A program made the translations under genes and the position numbers. Positions 39,733 to 50,830 of a stretch of DNA of 64,000 nucleotides are shown here, in pieces (position 1 is the first letter of the stretch; the number at the start of each line of letters is the position of its first letter). The stretch spans positions 198,554 to 262,553 of the forward strand of contig JBAWWL010000002.1 of NCBI GenBank assembly GCA_037146775.1. The letters run 5' to 3'. The notes under the pieces were generated by a model. It did not search any database. It was not told the DNA's origin and saw nothing but the letters and a program-made list of their open reading frames with translations. This DNA comes from Candidatus Omnitrophota bacterium. GTDB lineage: Bacteria > Omnitrophota > Gorgyraeia > Duberdicusellales > 4484-171.

Positions 39733-40575
39733 ATGTTAAAGCGATACATATCAAAAAAAATAATCCAGACTTTACTGCTGTCTTGTATCTGTGGCATTCT
39801 TTGTATCTCCCAGGTACTCGCCGGTGATATTGTTATCTACGGAGATAGCCAGTTTAGTAATGATGCCCAGCGTAAAGTAGTAAGAGCTATCCTAGAATGC
39901 AAGCCCGCAATAGTTTTCCGGGTAGGGGATCTTACGGCAGACGGTCGCAGCCTAAAACAATGGGAAACCTTTCATAAAATCAATGATAAGCTTATACAAA
40001 GTAGCGAATACTTCCCCGCGCTTGGCAATCACGAATATAATTCTGCGCTCTATTTTAGTAATTTTAATCTAGCGCTTGATAAACGGTGGTATTCAGTCCA
40101 GCGCCAAGGCATCCATTTCATTGTCTTAGATAGCAATTCCAGCCTCGATAAAGATTCAGAGCAATACAAGTGGTTAGAGCGAGACTTAAGCAACGTCGGG
40201 AAAGATATCAAATTTCGTATTGCGCTCTTTCATCATCCGTTATTTGATACCGGCTGGCACAAGGAAGACGAGAAAGGGCTAAAGCCTGTTCTTATTCCTT
40301 TATTCGAGAAGTATGGTGTGTCTGTAGTGTTTTCCGGCCATGATCATAATTATCAGCGCTTTAGATATAATGGCATCTTTTATATTATTACCGGCGGAGG
40401 AGGAGCACCTCTTTATGGCCGCCTGCGTAAGAGTTCGTATCTTGAGAAATTCGCTCTCGCATATCATTTTTGTCTGTTGTCTGTAACAGATAATGTGCTG
40501 AAGATTAAAGTGCTTGATACTAAACTGCAAGTTCTTGACGAATTTGATATCAAAGAGAAAGTATATAGTCGATAG
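39733..40575 (+). CDS. Secreted calcineurin-like metallophosphoesterase
   Basis: GDLTADG, GNHEY and FSGHDHNYQR metallophosphoesterase motifs. The ATG at 39733 gives a signal peptide and is preferred over the GTG at 39682. The last codons overlap a GTATATAGT repeat array. Confidence 0.65.
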   Translation: MLKRYISKKIIQTLLLSCICGILCISQVLAGDIVIYGDSQFSNDAQRKVVRAILECKPAIVFRVGDLTADGRSLKQWETFHKINDKLIQSSEYFPALGNHEYNSALYFSNFNLALDKRWYSVQRQGIHFIVLDSNSSLDKDSEQYKWLERDLSNVGKDIKFRIALFHHPLFDTGWHKEDEKGLKPVLIPLFEKYGVSVVFSGHDHNYQRFRYNGIFYIITGGGGAPLYGRLRKSSYLEKFALAYHFCLLSVTDNVLKIKVLDTKLQVLDEFDIKEKVYSR

Positions 40576-40685
40576 TATATAGTCGTGAGTATTGAGTACT
40601 GAGTATATAGTGGGGGAAGGACGTATATAGTATAGAGTACATAGTATATCGTAAACAAACTGGGCGGAGGGTAACGGGGAACTCG

Positions 40686-40764
40686 GTGGACGGTTGCGGT
40701 TACTCGCCTCGATTTGCTCGGCGAAGCGGGCGAAGCTCGTCTCGGTTACGTCTAACGGTAACGT
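40686..40764 (+). repeat. GC-rich ~80-bp element, left copy of an inverted pair bracketing 40.7-45.6 kb
   Basis: ACGGTTGCGGTTACTCGCCTCGATTTGCTCGGCGAAGCGGGCGAAGCTCGTCTCGGTTACGTCTAACGGTAACG is ~90% identical to the reverse complement of 45532-45615. Confidence 0.55.
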
Positions 40765-41065
40765 TTTATAATAAACTCTAAACCAAAATATTTCAAACTC
40801 AAAACACTATTGTTTAGGATTTTGAATTTATGATTTTGGATTTGTTTAGGATTTAGTCCTTCGACTTCGCTCAGGACTAATGGCGAGCACAGTCGAACCA
40901 TTAGAGTTTTCCACCTCCATAATGCACTTATTATGGTGGATCCGCCTAAGTTTTAACGGTGGCGGAAGTGTTTAGGGTTTATTTACCACAACCTCACGAC
41001 TACATACTCTATACTACATACGACATATTATCTCCCTACTGCAATGCTTGACAAGATAATCTGTT

Positions 41066-41644
41066 ATGGTACTTTATTACCATAAACATGGTGACAATAT
41101 GATATCCTTACGTTCAAAAGTGGCAATAAAATTACTGGACTACTATTTTCTTAATCCGGATACTCATGCGTACATCAATGAATTGGCCAGGACATTAGAG
41201 CTTGATCCTAAAAATACCGAAACTAAACTTAAGGAATTTGAGAAAGAAGGCCTTTTTAAAAGCGAATTCCGCGGAAAAGAAAGATATTTCTTTCTCGCAA
41301 AGGATAACCCCGTTTTGGAGCATTACCGCCAGATTTTTCTAAAGACCTATGGTATAGAAAAGAGGCTTCAAGATATGCTGCGGGGGATTAAGGGGCTTAC
41401 GGAAGCATATCTATTCGGTTCATATGCAAGTAACAAGATGAACTCTTCAAGCGATATTGATATCCTAGCTATTGGCACGCACTCTGTTTTAGAATTGCAA
41501 AGATTCATCGCAAAATTGCAGAAAGATGTCGGTAGAGAATTCAATGTAACGAATTTAAACCTAAAGGAATTCGAGGCAAAGAAAAAATGTAAAAACCCTT
41601 TTATAAATAGCGTTTTTAAAACTAAGACTATAAGGCTTATATGA
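41066..41644 (+). CDS. Nucleotidyltransferase (MNT-type antitoxin-like) with an N-terminal winged-helix region
   Basis: The GS...SDIDIL nucleotidyltransferase motif (LFGSYASNKMNSSSDIDILAIG). 4-bp overlap with the downstream HEPN gene. Confidence 0.6.
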   Translation: MVLYYHKHGDNMISLRSKVAIKLLDYYFLNPDTHAYINELARTLELDPKNTETKLKEFEKEGLFKSEFRGKERYFFLAKDNPVLEHYRQIFLKTYGIEKRLQDMLRGIKGLTEAYLFGSYASNKMNSSSDIDILAIGTHSVLELQRFIAKLQKDVGREFNVTNLNLKEFEAKKKCKNPFINSVFKTKTIRLI

Positions 41645-42039
41645 TTAATTTTGAAAGTCAATACTTTCAGAAACTGGCATTTAAAAAGGAGCAAATTGAC
41701 CAATTCGTAAGGTCCGCCCTTCATGATCTTAAGATAGCTCAAAATTCGGATATTGTGGATGTTATCTTTAAGTTCAGTTACGATGCGCTCATAAAATTAG
41801 GTATTGCGCTCATTGCTAAGAAAGGGTACAAAATAAGGAGCACAATCGGTCATCATGTTAAGATACTTGAGAAACTGAGCCAAATACTTGGAGAAGAGGA
41901 TGTCCTCGTGCTTGGCAATAAGATGAGACAGGAACGTAATGTTAATCTTTATGATGGCGGTTTCTTTATTGGAGAGAAAGACAGCCGCGAATATTTGGAT
42001 TTTGTAAAGAAAGTTTTTAAGAAAGCAAGCATAGAATAG
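41641..42039 (+). CDS. HEPN-domain protein (toxin partner of the MNT)
   Basis: Rx4H motif (KIRSTIGHH). All-alpha HEPN-sized protein coupled to the MNT gene. Confidence 0.6.
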   Translation: MINFESQYFQKLAFKKEQIDQFVRSALHDLKIAQNSDIVDVIFKFSYDALIKLGIALIAKKGYKIRSTIGHHVKILEKLSQILGEEDVLVLGNKMRQERNVNLYDGGFFIGEKDSREYLDFVKKVFKKASIE

Positions 42040-42060
42040 TTAGCAAGCACCAACAAGCAT

Positions 42061-42290
42061 TCTTTAATTTTTCTCCCCTTACTATGTACGACATACTCTG
42101 TACTACATACTTTTTTATGTTTAATTTTTCTCCCTCCCATTATCTTTTCCCCGGTTTCAATTTTTAATATTTAATTTTTCTTTTACTCTATACTCATTAC
42201 TCAATGCTCACGACTACATACTATGTACTACATACTCCATGCTACCCATTATTGCCTAATAACCTACCAACATAATAACCTATCAACCAT
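42061..42290 (+). repeat. G-depleted degenerate short-repeat array (TACTACATAC / CCTA(A/C)CAACAT units)
   Basis: ctatgtacgacatactctgtactacatac...cacgactacatactatgtactacatactccatgctacccattattgcctaataacctaccaacataataacctatcaacc. Related arrays occur at 40981-41015, 45340-45480, 45621-45700 and 51170-51250, and on the opposite strand at 34681-34760 and 40561-40655. Confidence 0.5.
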
Positions 42291-42308
42291 TCCAGCTTTC
42301 ATGTTCTC

Positions 42309-42337
42309 TTGACAAAAAGCTACCGTTTATTTACAAT
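42309..42337 (+). promoter_or_regulatory. Sigma70-like promoter TTGACA-17-TACAAT upstream of the P-type ATPase with a ~250-nt structured leader
   Basis: TTGACA at 42309-42314 and TACAAT at 42332-42337. The leader contains hairpins, e.g. GGAACTG-13 nt-CAGTTCC at 42382-42408. Confidence 0.4.
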
Positions 42338-42585
42338 AAACTCCAACAAGGAAGAACAGGTTCTCATGCCGGGTCATTAAATGGAACTGCTGCGTTTCGT
42401 AACAGTTCCTAAATTGGCAGTAGCTTCATGCTACGGGACTTCCTTCAGTTTCAGGTGCCCGGTTTATATATGAGAACAAGTTTTTCCTTTTTATTTTTTA
42501 TCCGCCTTGGTGTAGAAAACTGCAGATATTCATCTTAGCTTTTGCTTGGTGAAGCGGATAAGTTCGTGGAGTTTCATTTAAGTTA

Positions 42586-45177
<2,592 letters not shown>

Positions 45178-45531
45178 AAGAGTGCTTAATATAATAACTA
45201 AAATGGAGTATGCTCCATTATGGTAATACTAATATGGAGGGTGTTTTTACGGGCACTGTGGTCCGGGAAAATAATTTAAGTAGAGGATAGCTGTCCCAAC
45301 CTTTTCTGCATATCAATTCGCTAATCCTTTAACCCTTCCTGTCCTTATATATCCATTTTTAATATTTGATATTTAATATTTAATTTTTCTCCCCCCTTCT
45401 TGCCTAATAACCTATCAACATACCAACCTATCAACCTATATCCTTTTCCCCCCCCTGCTATGTACTACATACGCCATACTACATACGATCTTTCTTTATG
45501 TTTCGCACACGTCATCCGTTATGATGTATGA

Positions 45532-45615
45532 GCCGTTGCCGCTAAACGTAACCGATACGAGCTTCGCCTGCTTCGCCGAGGGAATCGAGGCGAGTAACCG
45601 TAACCGTTCGCCAAG
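45532..45615 (-). repeat. GC-rich ~80-bp element, right (inverted) copy
   Basis: Its reverse complement GCTTGGCGAACGGTTACGGTTACTCGCCTCGATTCCCTCGGCGAAGCAGGCGAAGCTCGTATCGGTTACGTTTAGCGGCAACGG matches 40686-40764. Confidence 0.55.
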
Positions 45616-45919
45616 CTTGCCTACTATGTAATCTATACTCCGTACTACCCATTATTGCCTACTAACCTATCAACATACTCACCTATTAACCATTATAGTT
45701 AATTCATAAAAAAACTATTGACATCTTTTTATATAATGTTAAATTAAAGTAACGGTTTTTTTTAATGAGGCAGCAACTTTTCAAGCCTATAGGCAAAGAA
45801 AAATTGCTTAGCCGAATTAATCCGACGAGGCTGCTAAAATTATGGTAGAGGATTTTAGCGTATGTAAGTCCGAGTCGGGATATGTACAGAAATTATATTA
45901 AGGATAAAAAAGGAGGGGT

Positions 45920-46534
45920 GTGATGATAAAGGGTAATTTAAGGATTGGTTTTGTTTTCTTGTTTGCTTTACTTCTTACCGTAAGCGCTGTGTATGCAGAA
46001 ATTAATCTTTCCACTTCCGGCGGAAAGTTAGGTATTAAAGCCGCAGGTAAAACTACTAATTTAGATAGTAATACCACTGAAACCACCGTTTCCGATTCAT
46101 CAGGAGCAAAAGTTGATATAAATTATAATGCCGCAGAAGGTACTGCTAGTTTAGCTTCTAGCACAGGCACCGCCACCCTCACGTATAATATCGCAAAAAT
46201 ATTTTTAGATAACGGTGAATCTGCTGACGTAGGCCCTACCGGCCCATACGGAAGTTTTTATATTACCAATACTTCAGGTGAGGGAAAGATTGTTGTAATA
46301 TTCCCCGACAACTCGAAAATCACCATGCCTCCAAGTGCGAAAGTTTCTCTCACTTTTCTTGCTGACGACAATTTTAATTTAAAAGTATTAGAGGGAACGG
46401 TTGAATATGTTGACGCGAAAGGTAACGCGCAGATGCTAACGCCAAACTCTCCTGCGATATTCGTAAAGGGTTTCGGCCAGGTTCCTGGCTGGCGTAGCAT
46501 TGAACCTGACAGGTTACATCCTGCAACCCCATAG
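45920..46534 (+). CDS. Secreted Thr/Ser/Gly-rich hypothetical protein
   Basis: Signal peptide. SD AAGGAGGGG upstream. First gene of the glycan locus. Confidence 0.3.
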   Translation: MMIKGNLRIGFVFLFALLLTVSAVYAEINLSTSGGKLGIKAAGKTTNLDSNTTETTVSDSSGAKVDINYNAAEGTASLASSTGTATLTYNIAKIFLDNGESADVGPTGPYGSFYITNTSGEGKIVVIFPDNSKITMPPSAKVSLTFLADDNFNLKVLEGTVEYVDAKGNAQMLTPNSPAIFVKGFGQVPGWRSIEPDRLHPATP

Positions 46535-46600
46535 TTTATTATTTTGTAATTTGAATTTTGTTATTTGTCATTACCAAAGAGGAGGATGAACGTGGAAAAG

Positions 46601-47764
46601 ATGAAGTTAAGTAAATGTTTTATCGTAGTGGCTGTTTTATTATTGCTCGTTGCGCCTTATGCCCGTGCAGAATTTATGGTTAAGCCTGTTAGGGGCACTC
46701 TGCTGGTTTCTGAAGGCATGCTTTATAATAGTAACCCTGGCTATGCTGATGTTGGTGCCCGCGAACATGACTGGGCAAACCAGATGTCTGCAGGGTTATC
46801 TCTTGAAGTTCCTTTTGGCCAGATCCATAAATACACCCTTAATTCAAACACCACATGGATTAAATATTTTACCAATCATAAGTTTAACCAAGTTAATAAT
46901 AATCTTACTCATTCTGTGGATTTTACTTTTAACCGCTGGGCGTTGAATATTCATCAGAATTTTGATGCTAGCTCTGTGCCTGATACTAACGAAATGCCTA
47001 TTGTTTCAAAAGAACTTCTTCGTAAACGTATAAATGCTCCTGGTTTTGCTGTCAGGGGAGATTTAGGTAAACTTAAATTATCCGGCGGTTTTGATTACCA
47101 AGATTATGATACAAACGATGAATATAAAATATTACAGAGAAAAACTTATACACCTTACCTAGAAGGTGCCATGCAGATAACCCCGCTTCTTGATGGTTTT
47201 ATGCGTTATACCTATACTCGCACAATTCGAGCTGAGAATGTGTTAAACAATAGCCATGGTAATGATGTCAAGGTTGGTTTACGTGGAAACTTAACCCCTT
47301 ATCTTACCGGTGAAGTAGGGATTGGCTATGACTGGACTGATTTTAGTCAATCTGGTACTACCGGTGATCAAAGTAATTATCATGGTCTTGTTTACTCAGG
47401 AGGCCTTACTAATCGCCTGTCAAAACACACCACACAAAAGATTTCTTTCTCGCTTGAACCGGAACAAGGTTACAGCGATGCTAACTACTATAAGTGTTGG
47501 ACCACAGAATATATGCTTTCCCATACTTTAAATACCAAAGTTGACGTGAACGCTTCTGTGGGGTATATTCTTAGCAATGAGTCAGGACATGCTTACGATA
47601 TGGAAAAGTCAAATATTTGGCAGTTTGGCACCGGCTTTAATTATCATTTGGCCAAAAATTCAGATTTAGTAGTGGGTTATAATTTTAGTGATAAAAGTTC
47701 TAACAGGCCCGGTAAAAATTACAAACAACACGCTCTCTCTACGAGCGTAAATTACCGATTCTAA
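46601..47764 (+). CDS. Outer-membrane beta-barrel protein
   Basis: Signal peptide, alternating amphipathic beta-strand pattern and a C-terminal ...VNYRF with terminal Phe. Start at ATG 46601 or GTG 46592, after AGGAGG. Confidence 0.5.
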   Translation: MKLSKCFIVVAVLLLLVAPYARAEFMVKPVRGTLLVSEGMLYNSNPGYADVGAREHDWANQMSAGLSLEVPFGQIHKYTLNSNTTWIKYFTNHKFNQVNNNLTHSVDFTFNRWALNIHQNFDASSVPDTNEMPIVSKELLRKRINAPGFAVRGDLGKLKLSGGFDYQDYDTNDEYKILQRKTYTPYLEGAMQITPLLDGFMRYTYTRTIRAENVLNNSHGNDVKVGLRGNLTPYLTGEVGIGYDWTDFSQSGTTGDQSNYHGLVYSGGLTNRLSKHTTQKISFSLEPEQGYSDANYYKCWTTEYMLSHTLNTKVDVNASVGYILSNESGHAYDMEKSNIWQFGTGFNYHLAKNSDLVVGYNFSDKSSNRPGKNYKQHALSTSVNYRF

Positions 47765-47851
47765 ACCCGATTCGGAGTATATGCAGAAAACGCCACTGGA
47801 TATGTTTGTGGCATCTACTTGTCTTCGTTTCGATTAAACTAATAAAAACTA

Positions 47852-48529
47852 ATGCAAGGTTTCTACTACGTGAGAGATTTTTGTTTGAAAATTTTTACCT
47901 ACCTTTTTCTAGGAATAATAGTTCTATATAGTTTAACTTATTTCCTGCCTATTTCTGTTTTTGCCCAAGCTGAGCAAAAACCCAGCCAGGTTATCGCAAA
48001 AGGCGATAAGCTAACCATAAAAGTTTTAGAGCAAGAAGATTTAAACGGAGCATATACAGTTTCTTCCGAGGGTGCAATAGAATTCCCTCTTATCAATGAA
48101 CGCATTCCTGCCGTAGGTCTTACTTATGATGAGCTCGCCCAAAAAATCAAAGAAAAGTTAGAAGAAAAATATTTCTATAAAGCGACAGTCATTGTTTCTG
48201 CTTTTACCGGCGAAGAAATTCGTACTAACAATGCATCTTCTGTTGGAGGAGTTATATATGTATATGGAATGGTGGGTAATCCTGGCGCAATTAATATTCC
48301 GGAAGGAGAAGTGCTGACGGTAAGTAAAGTACTTATTCGTTGTGGCGGATTTAAGGATTTTGCTAATAAAGGAAGAATAAAACTTATTAGAAAATCTCAA
48401 GCAACCGGTAAAGCTCAGATTACTTATCTGAACATGGTAGATATTATAGATAAAGGAAAAGTCGAAAAAGATATTGTAGTACGCGATGGCGATTTAATCG
48501 TAGTTCCTGAGAAATTTTTTAATTTTTAA
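47852..48529 (+). CDS. Polysaccharide export protein (Wza/GumB-like Poly_export + SLBB)
   Basis: IAKGDKLTIKVLEQEDLNGAYTVSSEGAIEFPLI (Poly_export). C-terminal RDGDLIVVPE. Confidence 0.6.
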   Translation: MQGFYYVRDFCLKIFTYLFLGIIVLYSLTYFLPISVFAQAEQKPSQVIAKGDKLTIKVLEQEDLNGAYTVSSEGAIEFPLINERIPAVGLTYDELAQKIKEKLEEKYFYKATVIVSAFTGEEIRTNNASSVGGVIYVYGMVGNPGAINIPEGEVLTVSKVLIRCGGFKDFANKGRIKLIRKSQATGKAQITYLNMVDIIDKGKVEKDIVVRDGDLIVVPEKFFNF

Positions 48530-48551
48530 TTATATTTAATAAAAATTTAAT

Positions 48552-50825
48552 ATGCATTTGCCAGAAGATAATATACTTATAAGTAAGATTGATTTTAAAC
48601 AATATTTAGAAATACTTCTTAACCGCAAAGACGTATTTATTATTTCTGTATTAGTGTGTTTGATTGTGGGGACAGGTTTTGTTTTGGCAACGAAGCCAAC
48701 CTATCGAGCATCGGCGCAACTGCAGGTTAATACCGGCGTTAACATGCCCATTGCTTCTTCTGTTTATCGAGATAGGCCCGAAGATTACTACTATCTTTCT
48801 AACCAAATAGAGCTTTTACAGGGCAAAACCCTGAAAGATAATGTGTTGAGCGCTCTTTCGTCGTGGGTAGATAAGGTTCCAAAGAAATTTTTGGAACCAA
48901 AGCTTAAAGTTGAAACCGCACGTGGTAATGTTATCTCTATATTGGCAGATAGCCCTTATAAGGAATACGCCTTAGCTTATGTTGAAACGTTGATGAAGGA
49001 ATATATGACCTTTAAGACAGGGCAAAAGGAAAAAAGTTCAAGCTTTGCTCTTTCAAATCTTACAAAGCAGGCCAGCCAGTTAAATGATAAGATTACCGGT
49101 ATGCAGAAAGAAATTCTTAAATTTAAAGAACAGCATAATGATATTTTACTTGATGATTATGGTAACTTTTCAAACAGTTATCTCATGACTTTGACTCGGA
49201 AACAATCCGAGATAAGGTCAGAGATGATTTTAATTGAAAAGAAGATCCAGGCGTTAGAAGGGAGCGAAGATCCTTCTTTCTGGATTTCTGTCATTGATGA
49301 TATACAGCGTGGTACCGTGACGCCGACTATTTCAAAGGAGGCTCAGCCGGAAGCAACGCTTAGTTCCATGCCGAGTACCAACTCTAAATTTTACGGTCAA
49401 GGTAAAACCGGAACCCCCAGTCAGTCGGTTAATAGCATTCAAGTTGAACAACTTCCTTTTGTTTTTATTCTTGAAAAAGAACAAAGTAAATATTGGCAAG
49501 ACTTAAAAGTTCGTTACGGAAAATTAAAATCCGAATATGCTCGGATAGCGAAGCTATATAAGCCCGAGCATCCTTACTTAAAACAGGTATCCGATGACTT
49601 AAGTACAGTAAAGCGAGACATGGCATCAGAAGTTGGCTCATTACTTGAGAAATTTAAGGCAAAATATGAAGGGCTAAAACTCGAAGAGCAAGCCGTAGAT
49701 GAAGAGTTAAAACGTTGGCAATCCACATCCCTAACTTCGTCTTCAGTGGTAAACCAATTTTCGGCGCTTAAAGATGAAGAACTCAGGTTGAAGAAATTAT
49801 ATCAGGCGCTTGTGGACAGGATAGAAGAAATATCAGTAACCTCTGATTTTGGTCTTGAAACTGTCCAGATAGTTCAGAACCCGCGGGTTGATCGGCTTCC
49901 TTTTAAAAAACTATTTAATCTCTTAATGGTTATTGTTGTAAGTTTCATGGGTGGATGCGGAGTCGTTTTTGCGGTCGAGTATTTAGATGATTCAATAAAA
50001 TCTTCCGATGATTTAAGAAAATATACAGGATTGGCTGCCCTCGGTATGGTTAATGCTATAGATTGGAATCAGGGTGATGTTGCAGGACACAAAATTACAT
50101 TTTTAAAGGATAGTCATGTTGTGGAGGCGTACCGCTCTATACGTACTAATATTCTTTTAGCCAAGCCCGAAAGCGTTCTTAAAACTATCTTAATTACGAG
50201 TGCGGTTCCATCAGAGGGTAAAACTACCTCTTCGGTGAATACTGCTATAGTGTTAGCGCAAAGTGGGCTTAAAGTACTTTTGATTGACGCGGATATGCGG
50301 CGTCCTACTATCCATAAGGTTTTTAGTCTCAAAGATAAAAATGGATTATCCGCTGTTCTTGCAGAAACTGAGTCATTTGATAGTTGTGTGCAAAAAACTG
50401 ATGTGGAGAATCTGGATTTGTTGCCGGCAGGCCATATTGTGAGTGATCCTCCTAAACTACTTCACGCGAGCAAAATAAAAGAATTATTCCAAGCTCTTTG
50501 TAAGCGCTACGATAGAATAATTATTGACAGTGCCCCTGTGCTAACCGTTACCGATAGTGTTATCTTGAGCGATCTAGTTGATGGAATAATATTTGTTGTT
50601 TATGGTGGTAAAACCTCAAGGCTTGCTCTTATTAGGGCAAAAGAAGTATTGTTAACAAATTCTACTAAAATATTTGGCACAATTATCAATAATCTATCGA
50701 TTAAGAAAATGTCTGGTTATTACTATTCGTATTATGGGTATAAATATAAATACCACTATGGTTACGGTAAAGAGAATTCTTCGAGCAAAAAAGAAGATAA
50801 AAAGACCGAAGAGGTAATATTGTAA
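48552..50825 (+). CDS. Polysaccharide co-polymerase / BY-kinase (Wzc/GumC-like)
   Basis: N-terminal Wzz-type domain with two TM segments, a coiled-coil periplasmic region, a C-terminal P-loop (SEGKTTSSVNTAIVLAQSGLKVLLIDADMRRP) and a C-terminal Tyr cluster YYYSYYGYKYKYHYGYG. Confidence 0.75.
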   Translation: MHLPEDNILISKIDFKQYLEILLNRKDVFIISVLVCLIVGTGFVLATKPTYRASAQLQVNTGVNMPIASSVYRDRPEDYYYLSNQIELLQGKTLKDNVLSALSSWVDKVPKKFLEPKLKVETARGNVISILADSPYKEYALAYVETLMKEYMTFKTGQKEKSSSFALSNLTKQASQLNDKITGMQKEILKFKEQHNDILLDDYGNFSNSYLMTLTRKQSEIRSEMILIEKKIQALEGSEDPSFWISVIDDIQRGTVTPTISKEAQPEATLSSMPSTNSKFYGQGKTGTPSQSVNSIQVEQLPFVFILEKEQSKYWQDLKVRYGKLKSEYARIAKLYKPEHPYLKQVSDDLSTVKRDMASEVGSLLEKFKAKYEGLKLEEQAVDEELKRWQSTSLTSSSVVNQFSALKDEELRLKKLYQALVDRIEEISVTSDFGLETVQIVQNPRVDRLPFKKLFNLLMVIVVSFMGGCGVVFAVEYLDDSIKSSDDLRKYTGLAALGMVNAIDWNQGDVAGHKITFLKDSHVVEAYRSIRTNILLAKPESVLKTILITSAVPSEGKTTSSVNTAIVLAQSGLKVLLIDADMRRPTIHKVFSLKDKNGLSAVLAETESFDSCVQKTDVENLDLLPAGHIVSDPPKLLHASKIKELFQALCKRYDRIIIDSAPVLTVTDSVILSDLVDGIIFVVYGGKTSRLALIRAKEVLLTNSTKIFGTIINNLSIKKMSGYYYSYYGYKYKYHYGYGKENSSSKKEDKKTEEVIL

Positions 50826-50830
50826 ACTGT

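Noticed and set aside
40576-41065. Hidden protein-coding gene in the 490-bp gap before the MNT gene
   Set aside because: There is no ORF of useful length. The region is explained by the GC-rich element, small hairpins (TTAGTCCT..AGGACTAA, CTAATGG..CCATTAG) and the repeat array. A small RNA remains possible but is unsupported.
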